From Cryomorphaceae bacterium (GTDB lineage Bacteria; Bacteroidota; Bacteroidia; Flavobacteriales; Flavobacteriaceae), in assembly GCA_003331885.1 (NCBI GenBank), contig QOPZ01000001.1:20710-84709 (forward strand): a stretch of DNA of 64,000 nt, given 5' to 3'. Positions 7,777 through 19,700 of the stretch are shown in pieces. Below the pieces are notes generated by a model. That model saw nothing but the letters and a program-made list of their open reading frames with translations, was not told the DNA's origin and did no database searches. A program made the translations under genes and the position numbers. The first letter of the stretch is position 1, and every line of letters begins with the position of its first letter.

Positions 7777-9456
7777 TTAAAAGAATATTGGTGAAAAGAA
7801 AAGTAAAATTCCAATAACAATTAAAACCAAAACAACAGAGAGAATAATGTCAATTGTTGAATATGAATTTTCTGCATTTAATCTGTCTTGTGATGATAAA
7901 GTTCCATAAGATAATCCTTGAATTTTTTGATATTCAGGTTCAGACGTTAACAGTGATACTGAAATACATAATGCAACAGAGAATAAAAACATCCAAATAG
8001 CCATATAAGAAAAATTAATTGAAGCAAATTCAAATAAAAAGCCACTATCAATTAAACCTTCATTTGTAGCTATCTCAGAACCTAGTCTTAAAATAAGTAA
8101 AAATAATCCGCTAAAAAGAGTAACTATAGCAGCTTGAGCATTAACTCTTTTCCAAATTATTCCCAAAAGAAAAACAGTCGTTACGGGTGGTGCTATGTAA
8201 GCTTGAACATTTTGAAGATATTGATACATAACTCCTCCTCCAATTTTTTCCATTATAGGAATCCATGCTATTCCTAAAACTACAATAACAACAGTTGCTA
8301 TTTTACCAACATTGACTAGGAATTTTTCTGATTTTTCAGGACTAATTTGTTTATAAATATCAATTGTAAATATTGTTGAACAAGAATTAAAAACTGAGGC
8401 TAAAGAACTCATTAATGCAGCCATTAATCCACCTGCTACAAGCCCTTTTAGCCCAACTGGCAATAATGTAGTTACTAACATAGGGAAAGCCCTATCAGCT
8501 CTTTCTAAACCAGTTTCGGGATCAATGACACTAAAAACCTCAGGGTTTTGAATAGTTAATGCATATGCAATAATTCCAGGAACTAAAAAAATAAGAATTG
8601 GTAGAAGTTTTAAATATGCACCAAAAATAGCCCCTCTTCTTCCAATAGTTATATTATTTGCAGCTAAAGTTCTTTGAACGATATATTGGTCTGTACACCA
8701 ATACCATATACCTACAATAGTACCACCAAAAAGTAATCCAGCCCACGGAAATTCTGGATCATCCCAAGGTCTCCACATATTAAAATGTTCAGGGCTGACC
8801 TCGATAACGGTTTTTGTTAATTGATCCCATCCCCCAACTTCTTGAAAACCTAAATAAGTAATTATAATAGATCCTGCAATTAAAACAACAGTTTGTAATG
8901 TTTCAGTATATACAACGGCTTTCAATCCACCTACAATAGTATAGATTCCGGTAAAAACAACAATTCCTATTGCTCCAACCCAGAAGTCCAAATTTAATAG
9001 CTCCGAAACAACAATTCCACCAGCATAAATAGTAACAGAAACTTTAGTTAAAACATAAGCAAATAAGGAAAAAACAGAAAGAAACCACCTTGATCTACTA
9101 TCAAATCTTTTTTCCAAAAATTCAGGCATTGTAAAAGCTCCACTTCTAATGTAAAAAGGTAAAAACAACCAACCTAATAAAAGGACTATCCATGCATGAA
9201 GCTCATAATGAGCTAGTGGAGTACCAGATGAAAATCCAGTACCAGCAAGACCTACAACATGTTCTGAGCCAATATTAGATGCAAAAATTGATGCTCCAAT
9301 CACAAACCATCCAACATTTCTGCCTGCAAGAAAATAGTCTTCAGTATTTTTATTTCTTTGTAGGGCTACCCAAACTGCTACACCAATAAGAATAGCAAAA
9401 TAAATTCCTAACACCACCCAGTCTAATCCTTCAAAAATTGATTTTGTTGCTTCCAT
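7777..9456 (-). CDS. Sodium:solute symporter (SSS/SGLT family), probable Na+/xylose or Na+/glucose transporter
   Basis: 559 aa, polytopic (about 14 TM segments), with SGLT-like blocks (GRNVGWF, GSNIGSEH). Embedded between xylA and the GH10 gene. Confidence 0.85.
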   Translation of the reverse strand: MEATKSIFEGLDWVVLGIYFAILIGVAVWVALQRNKNTEDYFLAGRNVGWFVIGASIFASNIGSEHVVGLAGTGFSSGTPLAHYELHAWIVLLLGWLFLPFYIRSGAFTMPEFLEKRFDSRSRWFLSVFSLFAYVLTKVSVTIYAGGIVVSELLNLDFWVGAIGIVVFTGIYTIVGGLKAVVYTETLQTVVLIAGSIIITYLGFQEVGGWDQLTKTVIEVSPEHFNMWRPWDDPEFPWAGLLFGGTIVGIWYWCTDQYIVQRTLAANNITIGRRGAIFGAYLKLLPILIFLVPGIIAYALTIQNPEVFSVIDPETGLERADRAFPMLVTTLLPVGLKGLVAGGLMAALMSSLASVFNSCSTIFTIDIYKQISPEKSEKFLVNVGKIATVVIVVLGIAWIPIMEKIGGGVMYQYLQNVQAYIAPPVTTVFLLGIIWKRVNAQAAIVTLFSGLFLLILRLGSEIATNEGLIDSGFLFEFASINFSYMAIWMFLFSVALCISVSLLTSEPEYQKIQGLSYGTLSSQDRLNAENSYSTIDIILSVVLVLIVIGILLFFSPIFF

Positions 9457-9459
9457 AAT

Positions 9460-10788
9460 TTACTTTATATAATTAAATAATATATTTTCTATTAATTCTT
9501 GTTTCCCACTTTTAAGAGCTAATTTACCATTCGATTTAGCTAATTTATATAAGTCTTCTAAATTCAATTTACCATCCTCAAACTTCTTACCATCACCAGA
9601 ATCAAAGCTTGCATATCTTTTATTTAGCATATCGCTTAATGGAGAATCTGTGAGTAATTTGTCAGCTATAAGTAGAGCTCTGGCAAAAGTATCTGCACCA
9701 CCAATATGAGCTAAAAATAAATCTTCTAAATCAGTTGAATTTCTTCTAAGTTTAGCATCAAAATTTACTCCACCACCCTTTAATCCACCAGCTTTTAAAA
9801 AAACTAACATTGCTTCAGTTGTTTCCTGAATATTAATCGGAAATTGATCAGTATCCCAACCGTTTTGGTAATCTCCTCTGTTTGCATCAATACTTCCTAG
9901 CATCCCTGCATTTGCAGCTACTGCAAGTTCATGCTGAAAAGTATGTTGAGCTAATGTAGCATGATTAACCTCAATATTGATTTTAAAATCTTTATCTAAT
10001 CCGTATTCTCTAAGAAAACCAATCGATGTAGCAGTATCAAAATCATATTGATGCTTTGAAGGTTCCATTGGTTTAGGTTCAATAAAAAAAGTACCATTAA
10101 AGCCTTTAGATCTAGCATAATCTCTACACATTTTTAAAAATTGGGCCATGTGATCAATTTCTCTACCCATATCAGTATTTAATAAAGACATGTAACCTTC
10201 TCTACCACCCCAAAACACATAATTCTCACCATCAAGTGCAATTGTTGCATCCAATGCTAGTTTAATTTGACCACCAGCTCTTGACACTACATCAAAATCA
10301 GGATTAGTTGCAGCTCCGTTCATGTAGTGAGGATTTGAAAAACAATTTGCTGTTCCCCACAATAATTTAATGCCAGAGTCTTGTTTTTTCTTTTTAATAT
10401 AATCGGTTATGTAAAGTAATCTATCTTCAGATTCTGAAAAACTACTAGCTTCTTGAATCAAATCAAAATCGTGAAAACAAAAATAATCAAACCCCATTTT
10501 TGATATAAATTCGAAAGCTGCATCTGCCTTATCTTTTGCAGATTGTAAAGGATCATTTGATTTATCCCATGGAAAACTTTGTGTTCCTGATCCAAATGGA
10601 TCTGCACCCTGTCCACAGAAAGAATGCCAATATGCAACTGCAAACTTAAAATGATCTTTCATTTTTTTTCCTGCAACTAATTGATCTGGGTTGTAATATT
10701 TAAAAGCAAAGGGATTTTTAGAGTCCTTTCCCTCGTATGTAATTTTATTAATTCCCTTAAAAAACTCTTTATTTCCAATTGTTACCAT
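9460..10788 (-). CDS. xylA: Xylose isomerase
   Basis: 442 aa. Class II XylA blocks: [52 protein letters not shown]. Confidence 0.95.
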   Translation of the reverse strand: MVTIGNKEFFKGINKITYEGKDSKNPFAFKYYNPDQLVAGKKMKDHFKFAVAYWHSFCGQGADPFGSGTQSFPWDKSNDPLQSAKDKADAAFEFISKMGFDYFCFHDFDLIQEASSFSESEDRLLYITDYIKKKKQDSGIKLLWGTANCFSNPHYMNGAATNPDFDVVSRAGGQIKLALDATIALDGENYVFWGGREGYMSLLNTDMGREIDHMAQFLKMCRDYARSKGFNGTFFIEPKPMEPSKHQYDFDTATSIGFLREYGLDKDFKINIEVNHATLAQHTFQHELAVAANAGMLGSIDANRGDYQNGWDTDQFPINIQETTEAMLVFLKAGGLKGGGVNFDAKLRRNSTDLEDLFLAHIGGADTFARALLIADKLLTDSPLSDMLNKRYASFDSGDGKKFEDGKLNLEDLYKLAKSNGKLALKSGKQELIENILFNYIK

Positions 10789-10794
10789 AACATA

Positions 10795-12273
10795 TTAGTT
10801 TATAATTTTTAATAGATTTTCTTTCCACAAATTGTAAGCATCTAAATATGATGATTTATCATTTTGAGGTTCAAATGATTTAACATAATCATTTTTTGTT
10901 ATTTTATCTGAATATGAATTAAAATTCTTGGAATCATATCCAGCAGCTCTTGCGGCGCCATATGCGCCAGTCGTATTATATATTTCAATCTCTCTCCCTA
11001 AGACTGTTGATATTGTGTTAGAGAAGAGTTCAGATTGAAATAAATTATCATTTCCAGCTCTAACTAATTTGGGCACAAAATTATCATTAATTAAAATTTC
11101 CATACCATATATAAATGAAAATGCAATACCTTCAAGTGAAGCTCTATAAAGATGTTGTTTTGAGTGTATGTTGAGATTAAGGTTTTTAAAACATGTTCCA
11201 ATATCTTTATTATTAAACATTCTTTCGCTACCATTTCCAAAAGGATAAACAAGTAACCCGTTAGACCCTACTTTGACTTCACTAGCAAGATTATTCATTT
11301 CACCATATTCTTTAGCAGATGTGAGGTTCTTAATCCACTTATACTGAATACCAGCTCCATTAATACATAAAAGCTTACCAATTAATTTATTAGAATCAGA
11401 ATAGTTAACATGCGCAAAATTATTTAAGCGTAGTGACTCCTTGGACTTTAAACTATCTGTTAGAGCATATAAAACACCAGAAGTTCCACCAGTTGCTGCC
11501 ACTTCACCAACATTCAAAACATTTAAAGTCATAGCATTATTTGGTTGGTCTCCAGCTCTATATTTAATAGGGATTCCTTTTTGAAGACCAGTTTCTTCAG
11601 ATCCCTTTGATGAAACATAACATTGATCATTGAAGTTTTCTACGATGTCAGGTTTTAAATTATTATCAATATTATAATAATCCAAAAGCCAATCTGCAGT
11701 TTTATTTTCTTTAAAATCCCAAAACATACCCTCAGATAGTCCATTAATCGTTGATGAAATTTCACCTGAAAGTTTATACGATATATAATCTCCAGGTAAT
11801 AAAAATTTATATATATTTTGATAAATATGAGGTTCGTTTTGTTTTACCCATGCCAGTTTAGAAGCTGTAAAATTTCCAGGTGAGTTTAATAAATGATTAC
11901 AACATTTTTCTGATCCAATTTCATTAAAAGCAGTGTTTCCGATTTCAACAGCTCTGCCATCACACCAAATAATAGAATTTCTTAAAGATTCACCATTTTT
12001 ATCTATAACTACCAAACCATGCATTTGATATGAAATGCCAATGCCAATAATATGCTTTGATAGAATTTGGCTTTCATTAATTATTCTTTTTGTTCCAGAG
12101 CATATTAATTCCCACCAGTATTCAGGATCTTGTTCGGCCCATCCATTTGACTTTGAAATAATGTCCATCTCATTTTTTGGTTCTTGAATTAAGTTAACTT
12201 TTTCTCCAGATTCAGCATTTGTTAATGCAACCTTAAGTGAAGAACTCCCTAAATCGTAACCAATGTAGTACAT
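10795..12273 (-). CDS. xylB: Xylulokinase (FGGY carbohydrate kinase)
   Basis: 492 aa. N-terminal [12 protein letters not shown] and the FGGY C-terminal domain. Immediately upstream of xylA. Confidence 0.85.
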   Translation of the reverse strand: MYYIGYDLGSSSLKVALTNAESGEKVNLIQEPKNEMDIISKSNGWAEQDPEYWWELICSGTKRIINESQILSKHIIGIGISYQMHGLVVIDKNGESLRNSIIWCDGRAVEIGNTAFNEIGSEKCCNHLLNSPGNFTASKLAWVKQNEPHIYQNIYKFLLPGDYISYKLSGEISSTINGLSEGMFWDFKENKTADWLLDYYNIDNNLKPDIVENFNDQCYVSSKGSEETGLQKGIPIKYRAGDQPNNAMTLNVLNVGEVAATGGTSGVLYALTDSLKSKESLRLNNFAHVNYSDSNKLIGKLLCINGAGIQYKWIKNLTSAKEYGEMNNLASEVKVGSNGLLVYPFGNGSERMFNNKDIGTCFKNLNLNIHSKQHLYRASLEGIAFSFIYGMEILINDNFVPKLVRAGNDNLFQSELFSNTISTVLGREIEIYNTTGAYGAARAAGYDSKNFNSYSDKITKNDYVKSFEPQNDKSSYLDAYNLWKENLLKIIN

Positions 12274-12278
12274 GTTTT

Positions 12279-13322
12279 CTATTCTATGATTGTATTTATA
12301 GTTTTTATAGAACCATCCTTTTCATGAAACATCTCAGTAACTTTTACATTTCTTAAAAAATCCTTTCCAGAAATTTGAGTATCATGATAAAAGAAATACC
12401 ATTTATCATCAACTTCTAATGTTGAGTGGTGATTTGTCCAGCCTTGAACAGGATTATTCATAACACCTTGATAAACAAAAGGACCGTAGGGATTGTTACT
12501 AGTTGCATATACAATAAGATGGGTATTGCCTGTAGAATAACTTAAATAATACATTCCATCTTTCTTGTGTACCCAAGCTGCTTCAAAAAATCTTCTCTCG
12601 TGATCCTTTGTTAAAATTGGATTACCTTCTTTATCAATAATTCTTACTGGTTTTGGATCTTCAGCAAAGCTTACCATATCATCAGACATTAAAGCAATTC
12701 TTGGTGAAATTGCAGGACTGTCGGGTATACCGTTGTCTTGAGTTTCACATCCTGATGGAGTATATTGATTATTTTCATCCCATCTTTGTAGTTGACCACC
12801 CCAAATACCACCAATATACATATAGTATTTTCCATCATCATCTTTAAATACACTAGGATCCATACTGTAACTTCCTTCAATAGGATTCTTTTTAGATTTA
12901 AAAGGGCCCTCAGGTTTATTTGAAACTGCTACTCCAATTTTAAAAATATCTTCTTTATCTTTTGTTGGAAAGTATAAATAATATTTACCATCTTTTTCAG
13001 CAGCATCTGGTGCCCAAAACTGTCTTTTAGCCCAAGGAACATCATCCAAATCTAATGCTACATCATGAATAGTCACTGGGCCCCCAATATAATCCATTGA
13101 CAAAACTCTATAGTCTCTCATTGCATATTGACTACCACAATCATCATACAATGGATTTTTTTCAATTATGTCATGAGAAGGATAAACATAAATTTTACCA
13201 TTAAACACATGTGCAGAAGGGTCAGCAGTAAAAATTTCTGAAACTAGGGGTTCATTGATAAATTTATTTTGAGTAAAACTTAAGCAAGTAAAAAACAAGA
13301 AGACGTATACTATTTTTTTCAT
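12279..13322 (-). CDS. GH43 beta-xylosidase/alpha-L-arabinofuranosidase (secreted)
   Basis: 347 aa with a signal peptide. GH43 N-terminal catalytic-Asp block [21 protein letters not shown] and five-bladed propeller repeats ([28 protein letters not shown]). Confidence 0.85.
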   Translation of the reverse strand: MKKIVYVFLFFTCLSFTQNKFINEPLVSEIFTADPSAHVFNGKIYVYPSHDIIEKNPLYDDCGSQYAMRDYRVLSMDYIGGPVTIHDVALDLDDVPWAKRQFWAPDAAEKDGKYYLYFPTKDKEDIFKIGVAVSNKPEGPFKSKKNPIEGSYSMDPSVFKDDDGKYYMYIGGIWGGQLQRWDENNQYTPSGCETQDNGIPDSPAISPRIALMSDDMVSFAEDPKPVRIIDKEGNPILTKDHERRFFEAAWVHKKDGMYYLSYSTGNTHLIVYATSNNPYGPFVYQGVMNNPVQGWTNHHSTLEVDDKWYFFYHDTQISGKDFLRNVKVTEMFHEKDGSIKTINTIIE

Positions 13323-14746
13323 TTTATTTTTATTTTTTTATTTGAGAAATCTCTCATTAATTTTAATTTTTTAGAATAAGAATTTACTATTTCTAAATAT
13401 TCTGAATTATTTGAAATATTAAAATATTGTTTTTTATCATTCTCCATATCAAACAACATATTATATAATACTTTACCTGTATTGTGTTGAAGAACTTCGT
13501 GATATGAGAATTTTTTATCTTGAACGACCTCGAGGGTTTGATATCTGCTGTAAATTTCAGTTTTATGTTCTTTTTCAGGATTTTTGAGAACAGAAACAAA
13601 ACTCTCACCATGAATATAATTAGGAGGTGTTATTCCAGCAATTTCACAAATAGTTGGATATAAGTCTACATATTCAATCATTGCATCACTTTTGTACCCT
13701 TTTTTCATCTTTGGTGAAGAAATTATTAAAGGAACATGAATTGCTTCATTAAAAGTGTGATGCTTGCACCACATGCCATGTTCACCAAGAAAAAATCCAT
13801 GATCACTCCAAAAAACAATTGTTGTATTATCTTTTAATCCTAATTCTTCAAGTGAATTTAAAAGTTTACCAATCAGAGTATCAAGATAAGTAATAGTTGC
13901 ATAATATGATTTAATTAAGTTTTCCTCCATTTTAAAACTAACTGGTCCAGATTCAGGTATATCTATATACCAATTTCTAAGTTCAGTCCAGTCATGAGCA
14001 ATAGAACGTTCAGGAGCATTTACTGGTTGAGTTCTTTGCTCAGTAAATATTAAATCATCATAATCATATAAATCTCCATATTTTTTTGGTTGTATAAATG
14101 GAAGATGAGGTAATATATATCCAACAGCTAAAAAAAAAGGTTCATTACTTTCTTTATATTTTTTAAGTTGATTAATTGCAACGTTAGTTAACTTACCATC
14201 ATTGTATTCATCATCTGATGCATTAGAATATTCGAAAGGAGGTCCAGCATATTTACCATCAGGTCTAATTTTTTTAATTTCTTTTTGTCTTTTTAATGAA
14301 ATAGGGTTTTTATAATCTGAACCATTTCTAAAGCTATAAAAATCATCCCAATCGCTTTTAGAATCATCAGCAAAATGGGAAATTTTTCCAATTGATGCAG
14401 TACGATAACCATTTTCTTTAAAAATTTGAGCTAATGTTGTAGCTTCAGGAACATCTTTATCTGCTCTCGATGTATAAGAGTCAAACCTAGTGAAACTTCC
14501 TCGTATACCTGTTAAAATACTAGCTCTACTCGCACCACAAACAGCAATATTTACGTAAGCTTGATTGAATTGAATACCATCCTTAGCCAATTTATCAATG
14601 TTAGGTGTTATCATTTGCTTATGACCATATGAGTTTATTAATGGTCTTAAATCATCTACACCAATAAACAATATATTTTGCTTTTTTTCTTGAGAAAAAG
14701 ACGAAAAAGATAAAATAAGGAAAATATATACAATTCTAATATTCAT
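13319..14746 (-). CDS. Formylglycine-dependent sulfatase (S1 family, iduronate-2-sulfatase-like)
   Basis: 475 aa with a signal peptide. FIGVDDLRP metal-site block and FGly motif C-x-A-x-R (VCGASRASILTG). Overlaps the GH43 start by 4 nt. Confidence 0.85.
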   Translation of the reverse strand: MNIRIVYIFLILSFSSFSQEKKQNILFIGVDDLRPLINSYGHKQMITPNIDKLAKDGIQFNQAYVNIAVCGASRASILTGIRGSFTRFDSYTSRADKDVPEATTLAQIFKENGYRTASIGKISHFADDSKSDWDDFYSFRNGSDYKNPISLKRQKEIKKIRPDGKYAGPPFEYSNASDDEYNDGKLTNVAINQLKKYKESNEPFFLAVGYILPHLPFIQPKKYGDLYDYDDLIFTEQRTQPVNAPERSIAHDWTELRNWYIDIPESGPVSFKMEENLIKSYYATITYLDTLIGKLLNSLEELGLKDNTTIVFWSDHGFFLGEHGMWCKHHTFNEAIHVPLIISSPKMKKGYKSDAMIEYVDLYPTICEIAGITPPNYIHGESFVSVLKNPEKEHKTEIYSRYQTLEVVQDKKFSYHEVLQHNTGKVLYNMLFDMENDKKQYFNISNNSEYLEIVNSYSKKLKLMRDFSNKKIKIK

Positions 14747-14771
14747 ACAATTTAAATTAAAAAAAGATAAA

Positions 14772-14798
14772 AAAAGGAGGAACTAATCCTCCTTTTTT
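14772..14798 (-). terminator. Intrinsic terminator between the susCD unit and the sulfatase-to-GH10 unit
   Basis: Stem aaaaggagga(14772-81)/tcctcctttt(14787-96) with a 5-nt loop. T-runs on both strands. Confidence 0.7.
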
Positions 14799-14815
14799 AT
14801 TACAAATAAAATAAT

Positions 14816-15157
14816 CTATTGTTTTCTAGCTTCATTGGCAACCTTCAATATCTCTTGCGCTAACTTATTTCCAAATCTTTTATTAAGTTTAGCTTTTATG
14901 TTACTGTAACCAACGCTATAAATTGCCTTTTTTTCTTCAGCAGAAGATGCACCACTTTCTTTAATATTATTTGCATTTTCAACAATTTGAGCTAATTGAA
15001 CTTTACTAAAAAAAGCTGCATCCTTTTTGTTTAAATTCATTTTGTTAATAACATAATTTGAAATTTTATCAGAATTTTTCTGCTGCCATTTTGTAGCATT
15101 TTGAGTAAATGCAAATAATGGTAATGTCAGAAATAATAGAAATAAAATATTTTTCAT
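14816..15157 (-). CDS. Secreted hypothetical protein (predicted helical) at the end of the susCD unit
   Basis: 113 aa with signal peptide MKNILFLLFLTLPLFAFTQ. No recognisable motif. Its start abuts the SusD stop. Confidence 0.5.
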   Translation of the reverse strand: MKNILFLLFLTLPLFAFTQNATKWQQKNSDKISNYVINKMNLNKKDAAFFSKVQLAQIVENANNIKESGASSAEEKKAIYSVGYSNIKAKLNKRFGNKLAQEILKVANEARKQ

Positions 15158-16768
15158 TTAATTTATGAGTTCATTCGTATTAATTTCACTTAAAGGAATA
15201 GCTAATTTCATGATTTCAGCTTGATTAGTAGAAAACTTAACTTCTCTGTTTGCTGCATATTTTTTAGCTCCTACAGCAACCTTTTGCGATCCAATAGAAT
15301 TATTGTGAGGTAAAATTGTTTTATCTAAGAAATATTGCATACCTCTTCTTCTAACATGAAAAGAATCTTGTCCTTCACCAATTAACTCAATTTTATATTC
15401 ATTCATAATAGCATCTCTAAAAGAAGCTTGTCCTTGATTAAATGCTGCTCTAACAGGAACTCCTGCTCTATCTAAAACAGGTTTTAAATATGTCATTCGT
15501 TGACCATTCCCTAATTCATTTGATATTTCAGCTAACATTAGCAAAAGCTCTGCATATCTCATATCAACAATATTCTGACTATTAAATTGATTCTTGTGAG
15601 CCCTATCTTTCTCTGTCCATTTAAATAAGTAAGGGTGAGAATTTCCAAATGAACTTCTCCAAGTTGCAGATGGATAAGCTCTTACTCGAGCAGCTGGTCT
15701 GTCATATCTGTAATAATCATATAAATATGTAGCAGCATATCTCTTATCAGGCATGGTATTTAAATTATTAGGATTGTATGTTTTATTTCCTCCATAAGTT
15801 TTTAAATGATTATCATGCTGGAAAGCTGTTACTCTAAACCAACCAAAATGCATTCCTGCTTTATATTTCCATGGCGTAAAATTTCTTCCCATTTGAGAGT
15901 TTGTAGCATCTTGAGAAATTTGCAATTCAAAAATAGACTCTGAAGAATTTTCTCCTTGAACTGTAAATAAACTTGCAAAATCAGATACAAGAGAATATTG
16001 TCCATATGCTTTCATACCCTCATCATAAGCCATTGTCCAATAATCCATTGCTCCACCAGAAGTTTGTAAACTTGCATTTGTAGCAATAGCCATGTAAATT
16101 TTTGACAACAACATATTTGCAGCAAATTGCTTTGGATATCCCACTCCAGCATTACCATTCATCAATCCTGAAGCTGTTTGAAGATCTGAAATTATCAAAT
16201 TATAAACATCAACCTCAGGAGACAAAGCTTTATTAGTATTTCCCTGTGAAGGTAATTCTGTCCATATAGGAAGGTCGCCCCATAGTGTAACAAGTCTAAA
16301 ATAAGCCCATGCTCTAACAAAATATGCATGTCCTGCAACATCATTAAAAGCAACTTCATCTTGAGTTTGAGGATCAGAAACAGTATTTACACCAGCTATG
16401 GCTCCATTTGCTCTAGCAATAGTTTGGTATAATCCTTGCCAAAGAAACTGAGCATCCATGTGATATCCAGGATTCAATGAACATAAGGTAGACATATCTC
16501 TTGTTGTTACCCTATTTCCACCTTTACCAGTAAACATTAACCCTGAATATAAGTTCTCAATAAATAAACGTCTTTCTTGAGTGTTATATCCTGTTATAGA
16601 TTGGTAGATGCCATCTCTAGCTGCCTCTGCACTTTGCACATCTTGATATAATGTTTCATCAAGAAATGGAGGGTTTTCTTCCAAATCGCATGATATAGTA
16701 AACAGCATTGGAATTATTAAAAGGTATTTTAAATATTTCATTTGATATATTGATTTTAAGTTTTTCAT
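15158..16768 (-). CDS. susD: SusD/RagB-family outer-membrane glycan-binding lipoprotein
   Basis: 536 aa with lipobox LFTISCD. Typical SusD TPR-like N-terminal half. Directly downstream of SusC. The true start is probably the second Met (MKYLKYLL). Confidence 0.9.
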   Translation of the reverse strand: MKNLKSIYQMKYLKYLLIIPMLFTISCDLEENPPFLDETLYQDVQSAEAARDGIYQSITGYNTQERRLFIENLYSGLMFTGKGGNRVTTRDMSTLCSLNPGYHMDAQFLWQGLYQTIARANGAIAGVNTVSDPQTQDEVAFNDVAGHAYFVRAWAYFRLVTLWGDLPIWTELPSQGNTNKALSPEVDVYNLIISDLQTASGLMNGNAGVGYPKQFAANMLLSKIYMAIATNASLQTSGGAMDYWTMAYDEGMKAYGQYSLVSDFASLFTVQGENSSESIFELQISQDATNSQMGRNFTPWKYKAGMHFGWFRVTAFQHDNHLKTYGGNKTYNPNNLNTMPDKRYAATYLYDYYRYDRPAARVRAYPSATWRSSFGNSHPYLFKWTEKDRAHKNQFNSQNIVDMRYAELLLMLAEISNELGNGQRMTYLKPVLDRAGVPVRAAFNQGQASFRDAIMNEYKIELIGEGQDSFHVRRRGMQYFLDKTILPHNNSIGSQKVAVGAKKYAANREVKFSTNQAEIMKLAIPLSEINTNELIN

Positions 16769-16771
16769 TTT

Positions 16772-19700
16772 TTAAAAAGTTAAATTTACACCAACTAGAA
16801 CAGATCTTGAATTTGGCTTATTGTTCCAGTCAACGCCTTGAATTAATCCATCATACATAAAAGTTGTTATTTCAGGATCATAGCCTGAATAATTTGTCCA
16901 TGTAAATAAATTTGACCCAGTAACATAAATATTAGCTGACTTTATGAAATTATCTGATCTCATCGGGATGTCATAGTTCATTGTAATGTTTTTTAGTCTT
17001 AAATAACTGCCGTCTTCAACAAATCTATCCATTGCTGCTGCAAATAAGTTTGATGAATAACCAAGTCTTGGGTATGTTCCATTAGGGTTTTCAGATGACC
17101 ATCTATCACTCCAAGCTTCGCTTAAAATGTTTCTATATGTACCCTCTGCAAATCCAAATCTGTACATGTTCCCATTTACAATATCATTGCCTTCAGTACC
17201 ATTAAATAAGGCTCTAACAGAAAAGTTTTTGTAAGACATGTTTAAATTGAAACCATAAATATAATCTGGATTTGGATTACCTATTATTGTTCTATCAGCT
17301 AAATCAACTACTCCATCTCCATTTAAATCCAGTACTTTAATATCACCAGGTTGAGACATTGCACCATTAATTCTATACATTTCGTCACCTGATTGAAAAA
17401 CACCGTCAGTTTTCCATCCATAAAACAATGCTGTTTCTTGTCCTTCTAAGAAAATATTTAATGGGAACTTGATACTATTTCCTCTACTAGGAACATTTCC
17501 TAAATAAGATGGTATTTGTTGAACACCATAAACTCCGTTACCATCATCCATCAAAACACCCCCCGGAGTAAGACCTAAGTTCTCAATTTTAGTTTTATTA
17601 AATGCTATATTTCCTCCGACAGATAGGTTAAAGTCGCCTTTATCAAGAACCGTTACATCTAAACCTAACTCCACTCCTCTATTTTGTAGAGTCCCTCTGT
17701 TAATTAACATGTTTGAAAAACCTGATGAAGTAGGAATTGGCGTTTGTTGTAAAAGATCCTTAGTGTCTTTGCTATAAACATCAATAGTCCCAGAAATCTT
17801 ACCATTACTGAACCCAAAGTCAACTCCAACATTTAATTGTTCAGTTGTTTCCCATGTTAAATCTGGGTTAGCAATATTACTTAAAACTATAGGTACAGTT
17901 GTTCCATTTGTTGGTGTTCCATATAAACTTGATGAAGCACCATAATTAGGAAGGGTTCCATAAGGTCCAATTCCATGGTTACCAATTTGTCCCCAACCTG
18001 CTCTAAATTTAAGACTTGAAAATAAATCTAAATTTTGAATAAACTTTTCACTTCCAGCTCTCCAAGCAAAAGCAAAAGAAGGGAAAAATCCATAGCGATT
18101 ATTTTCAGAAAACTTTGATACACCATCTCTTCTAAAACTGGCTGTTAAAACATACTTGTTTTTAAAAGTATAATTTACACGACCAAGAACAGAAAACAAT
18201 TGTTGATCTGCTGCTCTTAAAAGAAGTGGAGATGAAATCACTTGACCTAAAAATGGTTGATCTGTTCCCAACTGGGCAGTTACAAAGTCTTGAACGGCAT
18301 AAGTACTGTTTGAAACATCCCTAACATCATAAGTAACACCTAGTGTAGCATTAACTCTGTGATTTCTATTTATGTTTCGATTATATCTTAAAAAATTATT
18401 TACTTGGTATGTTAGCGCATTCAACTTCATTTGTTGGTATAATCCGTTAGCATTGGCACCTTGCCAAGTGGTTAATCCATAAAATCTAGTTCTATCCTTA
18501 TCTCTTAAGTTTCCTCCAACTCTAAACTCATATTGTAATCCAGGAACATTAAACTTGTATTTAAGAGCAAGAGAAGCAATAACTCTATTTTCTTTTGATT
18601 CATCTGTAAAGTCATCAATCCAGGAAATAGGATTTGACAATGCATTACCGTCAAAGAAATCACTAATATCCTCTAAACCATTTGCTGTAATTGGATTATA
18701 TGTAACAGTTTGTTGTACAAAACTTTGATCTCCGCCAATTAAATCACCACCCTCTGCAAAATCTGATTCACTGAAAAAAGTAGCAAATCTAGCTTCTACT
18801 CTTAATTTTTCATTAATATCATAGTTTAAGTTTAATCTTAAATCTGTAGTTTTAAAACTAGCATTTTCAATTAATCCATTCATGTCATTAAATCCAGCTG
18901 AAAGGTAATAATCACCAGCATCACTTGCCCCAGAAAATGTAACTCCTAGATTAGAGCTAACCCCTTGTTGATAAATAAAATCTTGCCAATCGTAAAGTTG
19001 ATTTGGTGTATTATCAACTACATCAGAAGGAGTGCCATCAGGATTTGTTAAAAATGAATAAACATTATCCCCATCAATTCTATATCTTGGACTTTCACCA
19101 GCTTGAAGCCTTGCAGCATTTGAATAATTTGCATATCCAACTCCGTCAAGCATATCATAGGTCTTTGTTATTTCAGTAATACTAGTAGTGAAATATGTAT
19201 TGAATTTACCTTTTCCATCCTCCTTAGAACCGGATTTAGTTGTAATTAAAACAACTCCATTTGCACCTCTTGAACCATAAATTGCTGTTGCAGATGCATC
19301 TTTTAAAATTTCTATTCTTTCAATATCTCTAGGATTAATACCATTTAAACCACTTTGAGGATCCTGACCAGTATTTCCAGTACCAACGGAGTTAACATCT
19401 TCTCCAGCTGATGAAATAATAACACCATCAACTACATATAGAGGTTCGTTATTTCCTCTCAAACTATTTGTTCCTCTAATACGAACACTAACCCCTGAAT
19501 TAGGATTTGCTGCATTTTGTGTGACTTGTACTCCTGCTGCCCTACCTTGTAACAACTGATCAACAGTTGTTGCAGCTCTAGAAACATCATCTGTAATTTT
19601 AACTGAACTGACGGATCCTGTTAAATCCCTTTTTAGTACAGTACCATAACCTACAACTACAACCTCTTCAAGAGCTTCGGTATCTGGCTGAAGATTAACT